Positions 27,042 to 38,173 of a stretch of 63,200 bases of DNA are shown piece by piece. The stretch spans positions 1-63,200 of the forward strand of contig SKGN01000004.1 of the NCBI GenBank assembly GCA_007117415.1, read 5' to 3'. The position numbers were made by a program, and so were the translations under genes. The notes under the pieces are model-generated. The model did no database searches. It saw only the letters and a list, made by a program, of their open reading frames with translations, and was not told the origin of the DNA. Source of the DNA: Bacilli bacterium. Lineage in GTDB: Bacteria > Bacillota_I > Bacilli_A > RF39 > UBA660. Numbering within the stretch: the first letter of the stretch is position 1; the number at the start of each line of letters is the position of its first letter.

Positions 27042-28442
27042 ATGAAAAACGAAAAATTATTAAAAATTTTAGGGATAACTATTCTTGCTGTTATATTGCT
27101 AACATGGGTGATTCCAGCATCAAACTTTAATGGATATGAGATTGCTAAAGGGCAAATAACTCCAGTTGGATTATGGGATATTTTCAGCGTCATAGGAATA
27201 GCAATAGCGTATTTTTGGCAAACAGGGATCTTTTTATTGTTTGTAGGGGGATTTTATGGTGTCATCGATCAAACAGGTTTATTAAAAAAGTTGATTGATA
27301 ACATAAAAAAAGAATTTAAAGGTAAGGAAAAAATATTCTTAGTAATTAGCATTTTATTTTTTGCTATCATTTCATCTTTAACAGGTATATATTTACCATT
27401 ATTTATTTTTGTTCCGCTATTTATAGGTGTAATAATAGCCATGGGATATAATAAAATAATAGCGATGTTATGTACAATTGGCTCAATAATTATTGGTTCA
27501 ATAAGTCTTATTTATAATGATTTTGTTTATACTACCTTAAATATAACAGGAGCTCCTAACTTATGGTATAAGTTAGCGCTTATTTTAACTACATTAGGAA
27601 TTACTATATTTTATGTGTTAAAAACAGCGAATATAGCAAAGGGTCGCAAAGCAGAAAAAGTATCAGAAGTTATAATGTTTGCTGATGATACAGAAGAAAA
27701 ATCAAAATCATATAAGCTATGGCCTTTAATTACAGGATTATCTTCATTATTAATAATATTTATATTAGGTATGACCCGTTGGAATCAAATTTTCAATTTA
27801 GATATTTTTAACAAAATACATGAGTCAATAATGAATGTTAAAATAGGTAATTTTTATATTTTCCAAAATATTTTAGGTCAAACAATAATGCCTTTAGGAC
27901 AATGGGGTATCACTGAATTATTTGTTATTATAGCTTTGGTTATCTTATTTATTGGTTTAATGTATAAATTAAATATAAAAAATATATTAACTAGTTTTAT
28001 GAATGGGGCAACTAAGTTGTTTCCAGTAGCGGTAATAGTAGTGTTAATAAATATTGTGGTTGTATTTACTTTGAATTCAGGCTTTTATACAACCGTAATG
28101 AACTTTATATTAAATTTAACTCAAAATACTAATATTATATTATTAGCTATTAACTCTTTCTTAGGAAATATATTAGTAATTGATAATTTATATATCGCTA
28201 ATTATATTATAAGTATAACTTCTAGAATTGTTTCGGCAGATACATCAGTAACATTATTAAGTTTAACCAATCAAACTATGTATGGAATAGCTATGTTAAT
28301 AGCCCCAACTAGTTTAGCGTTAATTGCTGGTTTATCATATTTAAACATTTCTTATGTTGATTGGATAAAATATATATGGCGCTTATTATTAATGTTGCTA
28401 GTAATTATCTTCATTGTACTAATAGTTGCTACCATCTTATAA
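27042..28442 (+). CDS. YfcC/DcuC-like (putative basic amino acid) transporter
   Basis: About 12 TMs. N-terminus ...LLKILGITILAVILLTWVIPA is typical of the YfcC family as I recall it. Starts 14 nt after lysS. Confidence 0.55.
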   Translation: MKNEKLLKILGITILAVILLTWVIPASNFNGYEIAKGQITPVGLWDIFSVIGIAIAYFWQTGIFLLFVGGFYGVIDQTGLLKKLIDNIKKEFKGKEKIFLVISILFFAIISSLTGIYLPLFIFVPLFIGVIIAMGYNKIIAMLCTIGSIIIGSISLIYNDFVYTTLNITGAPNLWYKLALILTTLGITIFYVLKTANIAKGRKAEKVSEVIMFADDTEEKSKSYKLWPLITGLSSLLIIFILGMTRWNQIFNLDIFNKIHESIMNVKIGNFYIFQNILGQTIMPLGQWGITELFVIIALVILFIGLMYKLNIKNILTSFMNGATKLFPVAVIVVLINIVVVFTLNSGFYTTVMNFILNLTQNTNIILLAINSFLGNILVIDNLYIANYIISITSRIVSADTSVTLLSLTNQTMYGIAMLIAPTSLALIAGLSYLNISYVDWIKYIWRLLLMLLVIIFIVLIVATIL

Positions 28443-28453
28443 TAATAGTATTT

Positions 28454-28487
28454 AAAAAGCATTAATTACAAAATTAATGCTTTTTTA
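28454..28487 (+). terminator. Rho-independent terminator
   Basis: AAAAAGCATTAATT pairs with AATTAATGCTTTTT (perfect stem), followed by a T-run. Confidence 0.75.
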
Positions 28488-28520
28488 TGTTATAATAAAT
28501 TTTATAAAAGAGGTGTAGAG

Positions 28521-29228
28521 ATGAATAATTTAGCACATAAAATTAAAAAGATACCGCTAGTAATTTTAAAAATTATAGGATTCATTTTTATAAAAAAACT
28601 TTTTTTTAGAGTTAAAGAATATAACAAGCAAAAACATAAAGGAAAATCTTATATTCTTTGTCCTAATCATACTAGTGATGGAGATGGTCCTATCTTTTGG
28701 GCAAGTCACCAAAACATAAGAATAATGGCTAAAAAACAATGTTTTAAAAACAAAATTTTCGGAGCTTTCCTTAAAAGTATAAATGTTGTACCGGTTAATA
28801 GAGGAAGTACAACAAGTCAAGCTTTAGCAATAAAACAAGCCGTAAAGTATTTAAATAATGCTAAAGAACCTAGTGTGTATTTAATGTTTCCACAAGGAAC
28901 AATATCAGATATTAATAAGAATACGGTAAAAATGGTAAAAGATGGCGCCTTTAAAATTGCAAAGTGTACTAAAAGGCCTATTATTCCGGTTTTTATTGAA
29001 CAACCCCAACCGTTTAAAAAATGTCGGATTGTATACGGGAATGAAATTTGGATTGAGGATAACAATATTGATAATCAAAATCAGAAAATAAAAAAAGAAG
29101 AGTTAAACAAATATAAAGAAATATTACTGCAATCTATTTTAGAATTACAAGAAGAAGCCAAGAAATTAGAAAAAAGACCATTGAATAAGTTGAAGTTGAG
29201 CGAAGTACATCGCAATAATAACCGCTAA
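28521..29228 (+). CDS. Lysophospholipid (1-acyl-sn-glycerol-3-phosphate) acyltransferase family protein
   Basis: HX4D motif NHTSDGD and the FPQGT block. Confidence 0.75.
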   Translation: MNNLAHKIKKIPLVILKIIGFIFIKKLFFRVKEYNKQKHKGKSYILCPNHTSDGDGPIFWASHQNIRIMAKKQCFKNKIFGAFLKSINVVPVNRGSTTSQALAIKQAVKYLNNAKEPSVYLMFPQGTISDINKNTVKMVKDGAFKIAKCTKRPIIPVFIEQPQPFKKCRIVYGNEIWIEDNNIDNQNQKIKKEELNKYKEILLQSILELQEEAKKLEKRPLNKLKLSEVHRNNNR

Positions 29229-29311
29229 AAAGCGAATTGATAATAGGCATATCTAATATTAACAAAAAAACCTTTTTATAGTATACTTATAATAATAGGA
29301 AGTGAAGTAAT

Positions 29312-30661
29312 ATGTTTAATAACAAAAAAATACTTGTTTTAGGGATGGCTAGAAGCGGCTATGAAGCGGCTAAACTATTAATTAGTATGAATAATCAAGT
29401 CATATTAAATGATAAAAATGATAATCAAAACAGCGACCATGTTCAAGAATTAAAAAAACTGGGAATTGAAGTAATTTTAGGGGAACATCCTAAAAATTTA
29501 ATAGACCAGACATTTGATTATATAGTTAAAAATCCAGGAGTTCCCTTAAATCATGTTTATGTTATAGAAGCGGAAAAATATAATATACCAGTAATAAATG
29601 AGGTCGAATTAGCGTTTCATCTTTTACCTCAAGATATAAACATTATTGGGATTACGGGCTCAAACGGGAAAACCACCACCACCACGATTATTTATGAAAT
29701 ATTAAAAAAAGCTAATTTTTCTGTTCATTTAATGGGTAATATAGGGTTTCCAGTGTCTTCATTTGTAAAAAAAGTAAAACCTAAAGATACCATTGTTATG
29801 GAAGTATCAATTCAACAGTTATGTAATGTTAATAAATTTAAAACTAATATGGCTGTTTTAACTAATTTATATGAAGCCCACTTAGATTTTGTAGGAAGTT
29901 ATCAAAATTATATAAACATAAAAAAAAGAATTTTTAACTATCATACCTCAAGAGATGTGGCTATTTTAAACAGTGATAATGAAGATGTTATTAAAATAAC
30001 TAATGATATAAGTTCTGAAAAATTATATTTTTCTACTCAAAAAGAAACTAATAGTGATAGTTATATTAAAGATAACGCGATATATTATTATAATAATAAA
30101 ATAATTGATATTAGTGATATAAAAATAAAAGGGATTCATAACTATGAAAATATAATGGCCGCTATTATAGTTGCTAAAAAATTAAATGTTTCTGATAAGC
30201 TTATTCAAGAAGTTTTAAAAACGTTTAATGGGGTAGAGCACCGGATTGAATTTATTAAAGAAATTAATGGTATTAATTTTTATAACGATTCTAAATCAAC
30301 TAATATAAAAGCAACGCAAATAGCGCTTTCTTCATTTTATAATGATACTATATTATTGTTAGGAGGTTTAGATAGGGGGCATAGTTTTGAGGGGTTAAAA
30401 TCTTATTTAAATCACGTTAAAAGTATTATAGCTTATGGAGAAACAAAAGAGCGTATAAAAGCGTTTGCTGAATCAAGGGCAATAAAATGCCTGGTTGTTG
30501 AAACATTAGACGAGGCTACTCAAGAAGCTTATAAAATAGCTGGTCCTCAAAATATAGTGTTATTAAGTCCGGCCTGTGCATCGTGGGATCAATTTAAGGA
30601 CTTTGAAGAAAGAGGCCGAAAATTTAAAGAAATAGTAAATAAATTAGAATTGAAAGGGTGA
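29312..30661 (+). CDS. murD: UDP-N-acetylmuramoylalanine--D-glutamate ligase
   Basis: [13 protein letters not shown]-loop, Mur ligase middle and C-terminal domains, 449 aa. Confidence 0.9.
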   Translation: MFNNKKILVLGMARSGYEAAKLLISMNNQVILNDKNDNQNSDHVQELKKLGIEVILGEHPKNLIDQTFDYIVKNPGVPLNHVYVIEAEKYNIPVINEVELAFHLLPQDINIIGITGSNGKTTTTTIIYEILKKANFSVHLMGNIGFPVSSFVKKVKPKDTIVMEVSIQQLCNVNKFKTNMAVLTNLYEAHLDFVGSYQNYINIKKRIFNYHTSRDVAILNSDNEDVIKITNDISSEKLYFSTQKETNSDSYIKDNAIYYYNNKIIDISDIKIKGIHNYENIMAAIIVAKKLNVSDKLIQEVLKTFNGVEHRIEFIKEINGINFYNDSKSTNIKATQIALSSFYNDTILLLGGLDRGHSFEGLKSYLNHVKSIIAYGETKERIKAFAESRAIKCLVVETLDEATQEAYKIAGPQNIVLLSPACASWDQFKDFEERGRKFKEIVNKLELKG

Positions 30662-30665
30662 AATT

Positions 30666-31898
30666 ATGGCAATTATCAAAAGTATTTATGCTAGAGAAAT
30701 TTTAGACTCAAGAGGAAATCCAACTATTGAAGTTGACGTTCTTTGCGTTGATGGTAGTTATGGGAGATGTAGTGTTCCAAGTGGGGCATCAACAGGAATT
30801 AATGAGGCTGTAGAACTTAGGGATGAGGAAGAACGTTATTTAGGTAAAGGCGTTCAAAAAGCTGTTAACAATGTGAATAATATCATTAGACCACTATTAT
30901 TAGGCATGGATGTTAATAAACAAGAAGAAATAGATCGGAAAATGATTATAGAAGATAATACTCCCAATAAAAGTAAATTAGGCGCTAATGCTATGTTAGC
31001 AGTATCGATAGCATGTTTAAAAGCAGCTGCACATAGCGAAAAAAAGCCTCTTTATAAATATCTTAATGAAGGTAATCAACTTCCTTTTGCAATGATGAAT
31101 ATACTGAATGGTGGCGCTCATGCTGATAATAATCTTGATTTTCAAGAATTTATGATTATTCCGATAGCTGAAACATTTAAAGAAAGGCTAAGAATGGGAA
31201 CAGAAGTATTTCATCATTTAAAAAAGGTTTTAAAAGAAAAGAAATATAACACGTCAGTGGGAGATGAAGGTGGTTTTGCCCCTAATTTAACTAGTAATAA
31301 GGAAGCTTTTGAAGTGATTATAGAGGCCATAAATAATTCTGGTTATAAGAGTGGTAAAGATATCTTTTTAGCAATTGATGCGGCAGCTTCGCAATTTTAT
31401 AATGAAGAAACTAAAAAATATGAATTAAAAGGTGAAAATAAAGAGTTAACAACTGAAGAGTTAATTAATTTTTATATTGAATTAACCAAAGAATACCCAC
31501 TAGTATCAATTGAAGATGGTTTAGAAGAAACTGATTTTGATGCCTTTAAACTCTTAACTGAAAAATTAGGTAATCACGTCCAAATTGTTGGAGATGATTT
31601 ATTTGTAACTAATCCAAACCTTTTCAAACAAGGAATAGAAAATAATGTTTGTAATTCTATATTGATAAAATTAAATCAAATAGGAACGGTGACAGAAACA
31701 AAGGAAGTTATCAATATGGCCAAAAATAATGGTTATAAAACAATTATTTCTCATCGTAGCGGCGAAACAGAAGATACCTTTATTTCAGACTTGGCGGTAG
31801 GGTTAAATTTAGGGCAAATTAAAACTGGTTCTTTATCTAGGACAGATAGAGTAGCTAAATATAATCAATTATTAAGAATTGAAGAAGAAATAAAATAA
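30666..31898 (+). CDS. eno: Enolase
   Basis: [36 protein letters not shown]. Confidence 0.95.
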   Translation: MAIIKSIYAREILDSRGNPTIEVDVLCVDGSYGRCSVPSGASTGINEAVELRDEEERYLGKGVQKAVNNVNNIIRPLLLGMDVNKQEEIDRKMIIEDNTPNKSKLGANAMLAVSIACLKAAAHSEKKPLYKYLNEGNQLPFAMMNILNGGAHADNNLDFQEFMIIPIAETFKERLRMGTEVFHHLKKVLKEKKYNTSVGDEGGFAPNLTSNKEAFEVIIEAINNSGYKSGKDIFLAIDAAASQFYNEETKKYELKGENKELTTEELINFYIELTKEYPLVSIEDGLEETDFDAFKLLTEKLGNHVQIVGDDLFVTNPNLFKQGIENNVCNSILIKLNQIGTVTETKEVINMAKNNGYKTIISHRSGETEDTFISDLAVGLNLGQIKTGSLSRTDRVAKYNQLLRIEEEIK

Positions 31899-31936
31899 AA
31901 ATAATTATTATAAAGAATAATTTTTATTTGTAAATC

Positions 31937-31962
31937 AAAAAAATCATATGAATGATTTTTTT
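31937..31962 (+). terminator. AT-rich hairpin terminator after eno
   Basis: AAAAAAATCAT 31937-47 pairs with ATGATTTTTTT 31952-62. Confidence 0.5.
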
Positions 31963-32051
31963 CAATATATGATCGTAAAAAAGCAAAATAAAACAATTGT
32001 TAATAATGAATCTATATGATATAATTTAAATGTTTTAAAACGGAGGTTGAC

Positions 32052-32465
32052 ATGAAAATGATATTTGTTCAGGATAAAAAAATAAATGGTTTTATTGATT
32101 GGCTAATATATATAATTGGTTATACTATCATCTTGATTGTAATGTCTATTTTGTTTAAATCAATAACTATTGATAATAGTCTTTTTGGTTTTTGGGCATT
32201 CGTTGCATCAATTATTATTTATATTCTTAATAGAACTATTAAACCCGTTCTTTTTTTGCTAACGTTACCTATTACCGGCCTTACTTTGGGTCTGTTTTAT
32301 CCTTTTATTAATGTTTTTATATTAAAAATAACTGATTGGACTTTGGGAAATTATTTTAAAGCTGAAGGGATATTTATTTTATTTTTTGTTGCTGTTTTAA
32401 TATCTATTCTAAATTTTATGATGTCAAAGATAGTAGTTGAGCCTATAATAAGGAGGAGCAAGTAA
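32052..32465 (+). CDS. Small 4-TM membrane protein, YvlD/DUF360 (phage-holin-4_2-like) family
   Basis: NRTIKPVLFLLTLPITGLTLGLFYPFINVFILKI pattern. Sits upstream of lgt. Confidence 0.6.
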   Translation: MKMIFVQDKKINGFIDWLIYIIGYTIILIVMSILFKSITIDNSLFGFWAFVASIIIYILNRTIKPVLFLLTLPITGLTLGLFYPFINVFILKITDWTLGNYFKAEGIFILFFVAVLISILNFMMSKIVVEPIIRRSK

Positions 32466-32466
32466 T

Positions 32467-33282
32467 ATGAGTGCTATTTTTTTAGATTTGGGCATTTTAC
32501 AAATAAGTTATTATTCCCTAATTATATTATTTGGTGTTTTTATTGGCGGGAGCTTAGTCATAAAAGAAGCTAATAAATTTAATATAAATAAAGAATTTAT
32601 AGCTAATCTTATTTTCTGGCTAGTTATTATAGGTATGTTAGGAGCCAGACTATATTATGTTTTATTTAATTGGAATTATTATCAATCGAACATAATAGAA
32701 ATATTTAAAGTTTGGGAAGGTGGACTAGCGATTCATGGCGGAATAATTTTAGGATTTCTTTTTCTCATTATTTACGCTGCTAAATATAAAGTTAATTTAT
32801 TAAGGTTGACGGATATATTAGTAGTTGGAGTAATAATAGGTCAAGCTATTGGAAGATGGGGTAATTTTTTTAATCAAGAAGCTTACGGAAAAGAGGTTAC
32901 AAGAGAATTTTTAGTTAGCTTAAGATTACCAGATTATATTGTTGAAGGAATGAATATTTTAGGTAGATATTATCATCCGACATTTTTATATGAATCTTTA
33001 TGGTGTTTAGTTGGATTTTTCGTATTATTATTAATTAGAAAATATAAATACTTAAAAAGAGGTCAATTAACTGGAATATATTTTGTATGGTATTCTTTTG
33101 GTAGGTTTTGTATTGAGTTTTTAAGAACAGATAGTTTAATGATAGGGGAGTTTAAAGTTGCTCAAATAATATCCTTACTTTTATTTATAATAGGTTTAAT
33201 CTTATTTGTTGAAAAAGGGAAAGGATCTAGGTTTGATAATTTATATGTAGAAAGGGAACAGACTAATGAAATCAAATTTTGA
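32467..33282 (+). CDS. lgt: Prolipoprotein diacylglyceryl transferase
   Basis: GRWGNFFNQEAYG signature; multi-TM. Confidence 0.9.
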   Translation: MSAIFLDLGILQISYYSLIILFGVFIGGSLVIKEANKFNINKEFIANLIFWLVIIGMLGARLYYVLFNWNYYQSNIIEIFKVWEGGLAIHGGIILGFLFLIIYAAKYKVNLLRLTDILVVGVIIGQAIGRWGNFFNQEAYGKEVTREFLVSLRLPDYIVEGMNILGRYYHPTFLYESLWCLVGFFVLLLIRKYKYLKRGQLTGIYFVWYSFGRFCIEFLRTDSLMIGEFKVAQIISLLLFIIGLILFVEKGKGSRFDNLYVEREQTNEIKF

Positions 33283-34180
33283 AGTAGTAGTAATAGGTTC
33301 AGGAAGTGCAGGTATGACGGCTGCTTTGTATTTAAAGAGAGCTAATGTAGATGTTTCAATTATTGAAAATTACGCACCTGGTGGGCAATTGAACAGAACG
33401 GCTAGAATAGACAATTATCCTGGATTTTATAGTATTGAAGGACCTAGTTTAGCCCTTAACATGTTTACTCAAATTCAAGAATTAAAAATACCATATAAGC
33501 AAGCTACAGTAAAGAAAATTGAAGAAAAAGATGGGAAGAAAATTATAAAAACAGACAAAGAAGATATAATATGTGACGCTGTTATAATTGCCACAGGTAG
33601 GAGAGCAAGAGAATTAGGATTAGAAAAAGAAAAAAAATTAGCGGGAAGAGGTATAAGTTGGTGTGCTGTTTGTGACGGACCATTATATAAAGGAAAAGAT
33701 GTTATAGTTATAGGTGGCGGGAATAGCGCTATGGATGAAAGTAATTATTTATCTCCGCTGGTAAATAAATTAACTATAATACATCGTAAAGATGAATTTA
33801 GAGGAGATAGAGTTTTACAATCTAGAATTATAAATGATAAAAAAATAGAAATTATTTATAATTCGGTTGTTACTAAAATAAATGAAAAAAACAATTATTT
33901 TAGTGGTGTTGAAATAGAAAACATAACCACTAAAGAGAAGAAAACAATACAAGCTGAAGGATTATTTATTTATATTGGTTTTGATCCTGTAAGTGATATG
34001 GTAACAGAAATAGGCGTTAATATTGATAACGGATATATTTTAGTTGATGCAAATATGAGAACTAATATAAAGGGAATATATGCTTGTGGTGACATAATAA
34101 AAAAAGAACTATATCAAATAGCAACCGCAGTTGGCGAAGGGGCTAAAGCAGCCTACAGCGCAATCCAAGACTTGAATTGA
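33266..34180 (+). CDS. trxB: Thioredoxin-disulfide reductase
   Basis: FAD motif GSGSAG, redox centre CAVCDG, NADPH motif GGGNSA. Confidence 0.9.
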   Translation: MKSNFEVVVIGSGSAGMTAALYLKRANVDVSIIENYAPGGQLNRTARIDNYPGFYSIEGPSLALNMFTQIQELKIPYKQATVKKIEEKDGKKIIKTDKEDIICDAVIIATGRRARELGLEKEKKLAGRGISWCAVCDGPLYKGKDVIVIGGGNSAMDESNYLSPLVNKLTIIHRKDEFRGDRVLQSRIINDKKIEIIYNSVVTKINEKNNYFSGVEIENITTKEKKTIQAEGLFIYIGFDPVSDMVTEIGVNIDNGYILVDANMRTNIKGIYACGDIIKKELYQIATAVGEGAKAAYSAIQDLN

Positions 34181-34267
34181 AGAGAAATAATTATTTCTTT
34201 TTCTTTTTAACTAATCTTAGCCTTAATATTAGGGTTTTGTAGTATAATGTAATAGGGATGTGTTAAA

Positions 34268-35212
34268 ATGAAAAAAGTTGTTGTTTTAGGCGGAGGGCAC
34301 GGACTTTCTGCTTTGTTAAAAGGATTAAAAATGTTTCCGATGGATATAACAGCAATTGTAACAGTTGCTGATGATGGTTCGTCAACGGGGAGATTGCGTC
34401 AGGAGTTTAGTATTCCGGCTGTGGGAGATTTGCGAAATGTAATTGTTTCGTTATCAGAAGCAGAACCGTTACTTGAAAAATTATTTCAATATCGTTTTAA
34501 AAGTAATGGTAATTTAAATGGTCATTCAGTGGGTAATTTATTATTAACTGCTCTAGTTGATATTAATGGTAGTCTTACTGAGGCTGTTTCCTCATTTAGT
34601 AAAATACTTAATTTAAAAGGAAAGGTATTACCTTTAACGGAGGATGTTGTTAATTTAGTAGCTCATACTAAAGATAATAAAATTTTAGTAGGGGAAGAGT
34701 TTATTAGAAAATCAGGTAAAGAATTAGATTATATTTGTTACGATGAAAAACCTAAAGTTCTTGATTCGGTAATTACGGCTTTGCAAGAAGCCGATTTAAT
34801 TATATTAGGATTAGGCAGTTTATATACGAGTATTATACCGCATCTTATTTGTGAAGAAGTAACTGCCGCTATAAGAACAAGTGAGGCTAAAACAATATAT
34901 ATTTGTAACGCTATGACTGAAAAAGGGGAAACTGACAATTTTAAAGTAAGTGATCATATAAAAGCCTTAAATCAGTATATTGGTCAAGACACCCTAGATG
35001 CTGTTTTAGCAAATGCTAAACATGTTGACATAGAAATACAAGAAAGATATAAAAAACTAGAAGGTGGAAAACCAGTAATAATAGATGAAGATAACATAAA
35101 AAAATTAGATATTGAATTAATAAAAGATGATTTAATTGTTATTCAAGATCAAATGGTAAGGCATGACCCTATAAAAACGGCTTTTGCAATTTTTTCTTAT
35201 TTATTAAAATGA
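34268..35212 (+). CDS. yvcK: YvcK-family gluconeogenesis/morphogenesis factor (CofD-like)
   Basis: VVLGGGHGLS N-terminus. Synteny with whiA. Confidence 0.85.
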   Translation: MKKVVVLGGGHGLSALLKGLKMFPMDITAIVTVADDGSSTGRLRQEFSIPAVGDLRNVIVSLSEAEPLLEKLFQYRFKSNGNLNGHSVGNLLLTALVDINGSLTEAVSSFSKILNLKGKVLPLTEDVVNLVAHTKDNKILVGEEFIRKSGKELDYICYDEKPKVLDSVITALQEADLIILGLGSLYTSIIPHLICEEVTAAIRTSEAKTIYICNAMTEKGETDNFKVSDHIKALNQYIGQDTLDAVLANAKHVDIEIQERYKKLEGGKPVIIDEDNIKKLDIELIKDDLIVIQDQMVRHDPIKTAFAIFSYLLK

Positions 35213-35225
35213 AAGAAGTGATAAC

Positions 35226-36182
35226 ATGTCGTTTTCTACTGAAGTAAAAAAAGAAATAACCAAAATAGAAACTACCAAAACAGAATATATAGCGGAATTA
35301 TCAGCGTTTATCAGAAATAACGCTTACATAGATGATGAGCTTATTAGAATTTATACTGAAAATTCTAGTATAGCTAGAAGAGTTTTTACTTTGTTTAAAG
35401 AAATATATCAAATCCAATGTAAAATAACGGTGCGACGAAACTTTAATTTTAAAAAAAATTATATTTATTTATTAGAAATCATTCCAAGAAACAATGATAT
35501 ATTACAGGATTTAGCTATTATAAATGAAGAAAAATATTTTGTTAATATACCCAGGAATTATATTATAAATGACGATGAAGAAAAAAAAGCATATTTAAGA
35601 GGTTGTTTTCTTTCCTGCGGAAGCATCAATAATCCAAAAACATCAAGATATCATTTAGAATTATTAATAGATGATAATGAGTATTCAGTATTTATCAATA
35701 ATTTACTTAATGAGTATAATTTAAATAGCAAAATAATCAAAAGGGTTAGGGGCTTTATGATATACATAAAAGAAGCCGAAAAAATAGGGGATTTTTTAAG
35801 AATTATTCAAGCTCATAATGCTGTTTTATTTTTTGAAGATGTTCGTATTTATCGAAGTCATAAAAATAACACTAATAGATTAAATAATTGTGAACAAGCC
35901 AATGTCGAAAAAGTTATTAATACCGCTTTAAGACAAACAGATGATATACAATGTATTAGTGATGAAATCGGATTAGATGTATTAGATGAAAAATTAAAGG
36001 AAGTTGCTATTTATCGCTTAAAACACCCTGAAGCGTCTCTTTTAGAATTAAGCGAAATAATGAGTATTGATTTTTCTAAAGCAATTACTAAATCTGGTCT
36101 TAACCATCGGTTTCGAAAACTAAAAAAAATGGCAGATTCTATAAGAAAAAACAAGAAAAAAATATTGGAAATCAAAAAATAA
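35226..36182 (+). CDS. whiA: Sporulation/cell-division regulator WhiA
   Basis: MSFSTEVKKEI N-terminus, degenerate LAGLIDADG middle domain, C-terminal HTH (KSGLNHRFRKL). Confidence 0.9.
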   Translation: MSFSTEVKKEITKIETTKTEYIAELSAFIRNNAYIDDELIRIYTENSSIARRVFTLFKEIYQIQCKITVRRNFNFKKNYIYLLEIIPRNNDILQDLAIINEEKYFVNIPRNYIINDDEEKKAYLRGCFLSCGSINNPKTSRYHLELLIDDNEYSVFINNLLNEYNLNSKIIKRVRGFMIYIKEAEKIGDFLRIIQAHNAVLFFEDVRIYRSHKNNTNRLNNCEQANVEKVINTALRQTDDIQCISDEIGLDVLDEKLKEVAIYRLKHPEASLLELSEIMSIDFSKAITKSGLNHRFRKLKKMADSIRKNKKKILEIKK

Positions 36183-36248
36183 GGTTATACCTTTGGGAAA
36201 AGTAAATTTATATATTTATTTAAAAGCATTTAAATAAATTATATTATT

Positions 36249-36257
36249 TGGTAAAAT
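36249..36257 (+). promoter_or_regulatory. Extended -10 element TGGTAAAAT upstream of soj
   Basis: TGnTAAAAT lies 44 nt upstream of ATG 36301. The same 9-mer occurs upstream of the 47700 gene and of gltX. Confidence 0.4.
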
Positions 36258-36300
36258 AGTACATATATTTGTGTTAATATATAAGATAGGGGAAGATGTA

Positions 36301-37086
36301 ATGGGAAAAATTATTTCAATGGTTAATCAAAAGGGCGGGGTAGGAAAAACAACTACCAGCATCAATTTAGCTGCTTCCCTAGGAGCGTTAGGAAAACTAG
36401 TTTTATTAATTGATTTAGATCCTCAAGGTAATAGTACTACTGGCGTGGGGATAGATAAAGGAATTATTGAAAAGAGTATATATGATTTGTTATTAAGCGA
36501 GACCGAAACATCAGAAGTAATTATAAAAACAAAATTTAAAAATTTATATTTAATACCAGCTACTATAAACTTAGCTGGTGTAGATATTGAATTAATTGAA
36601 AAGAGTAAAAATGAAGTTGATTTTAATAAAACCGATCAACTTAAAAAGAATATAATTAAAATAAAAGATAATTTTGATTATATTATAATTGATTGCCCTC
36701 CATCACTTGGAATTCTTACTACTAATGCCTTAAAAGCTTCAAATTCAGTTATTATTCCTGTTCAATGTGAGTTTTTTGCTTTAGAAGGGATTATGCAATT
36801 ATTAAATACAATTATGTTAGCTCAAAGAAGATTAAACCCAGAATTAGATATTGAAGGAGTATTATTAACAATGTTAGATTCTAGAACTAATTTAGGATTA
36901 GAAGTGGTTCAAGATATAAGAAGTTATTTTAAAGAGAAAGTCTATGATACAATTATTCCTAGATTAATCAGATTATCGGAAGCACCATCTCATGGGAAAC
37001 CTATTATTGCTTATGACTTTCACAGTAAAGGGAACCAAGCTTATTTAAATTTAGCTAAGGAAGTGATTGATAGAAATGGAAAATAA
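36301..37086 (+). CDS. soj: Chromosome partitioning ATPase ParA/Soj
   Basis: Deviant Walker A NQKGGVGKTT. Start trimmed to MGKIISM. Confidence 0.9.
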   Translation: MGKIISMVNQKGGVGKTTTSINLAASLGALGKLVLLIDLDPQGNSTTGVGIDKGIIEKSIYDLLLSETETSEVIIKTKFKNLYLIPATINLAGVDIELIEKSKNEVDFNKTDQLKKNIIKIKDNFDYIIIDCPPSLGILTTNALKASNSVIIPVQCEFFALEGIMQLLNTIMLAQRRLNPELDIEGVLLTMLDSRTNLGLEVVQDIRSYFKEKVYDTIIPRLIRLSEAPSHGKPIIAYDFHSKGNQAYLNLAKEVIDRNGK

Positions 37087-37957
37087 AAGAAGAGCGTTAG
37101 GAAAAGGTTTAGAACAACTTTTTAATTCTGAAAATCTTGATTTTGATAAAATTGAAAACGAAATTGTTGAAACGGCTGCTAAAGATGAAATTATTAATAT
37201 TAAGTTATCAGAATTAAGAAGTAACCCTTATCAACCTAGAAAAGTATTTGAGGAAGAGGCGTTAAGTGAACTTGCAGAATCAATAAAGGAGAACGGTGTT
37301 TTTCAACCTATTATTGTAAAAAAGAGTATAAAGGGATATGAAATAGTAGCTGGCGAAAGAAGAGTTAAAGCATGTCTTAAATTAGGTTTAGAAACAATTC
37401 CCGCTATTGTTAGAGATTTTTCTGATGAACAAATGATGCAAATTGCGTTACTTGAAAATCTTCAACGAGAAGATTTAAACGCTGTTGAAGAAGCGGAAGC
37501 TTATCGGTCAATCATAGAAGCGCTACAAATTACTCAAGAGGAGTTAGGAAAAAAAATTGGCAAAAGTAGAAGTCATATTACTAATATGTTAGGAATACTT
37601 AACTTACCTTCATCGGTACAAGATATGGTTTCTTATAATAAAATTTCAATGGGACATGCGAGAGTTTTAAGTAAGTTAAGCGATATTAAACAAGTTGAAA
37701 ATTTAGCTCAAAGAATTATTAAAGAAGATCTAAGTGTTAGAAAGTTAGAAGAATTAGCATCTACCGAATTAAGAAAAAATGAGTATACATTTAAAAGAAA
37801 AGAAATAAAAACAAAGGAATATTATTATATAGAGGAAAAATTAAAGGAAGAACTTGGTACTAAAGTTTTAGTTTCTAAAAATAAAATTCAAATTAATTTT
37901 GATTCAGATAAAGATTTAAATAGGATATTGGAAATTTTAAATATTGATATTAGTTAA
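37076..37957 (+). CDS. spo0J: Chromosome partitioning protein ParB/Spo0J
   Basis: RALGKGL, GERRVKA, LLENLQRED, HTH. Confidence 0.9.
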   Translation: MENKRRALGKGLEQLFNSENLDFDKIENEIVETAAKDEIINIKLSELRSNPYQPRKVFEEEALSELAESIKENGVFQPIIVKKSIKGYEIVAGERRVKACLKLGLETIPAIVRDFSDEQMMQIALLENLQREDLNAVEEAEAYRSIIEALQITQEELGKKIGKSRSHITNMLGILNLPSSVQDMVSYNKISMGHARVLSKLSDIKQVENLAQRIIKEDLSVRKLEELASTELRKNEYTFKRKEIKTKEYYYIEEKLKEELGTKVLVSKNKIQINFDSDKDLNRILEILNIDIS

Positions 37958-37984
37958 AATAATATTATATGTTAGAGGGATTAA

Positions 37985-38170
37985 ATGGAAAAAAAATATA
38001 GTGTAGGGTCAATAATAATGATGAAAAAAGAACATCCTTGTAAAACCAACAGGTGGGAAATTGTAAGATGTGGAATTGATATAAAAATAAAGTGTATCAA
38101 TTGTAATCGTAGTATTATGATGCCTCGAATTGAATTTAATAAAAAAATGAAAAAAGTTTTGGAGGAATAA
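37985..38170 (+). CDS. DUF951 (YyzM-like) small protein
   Basis: 61 aa with KKEHPC...WEIVRCGIDIKIKCINC. Occupies the position between spo0J and ychF that yyzM holds in B. subtilis. Confidence 0.7.
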   Translation: MEKKYSVGSIIMMKKEHPCKTNRWEIVRCGIDIKIKCINCNRSIMMPRIEFNKKMKKVLEE

Positions 38171-38173
38171 GTA

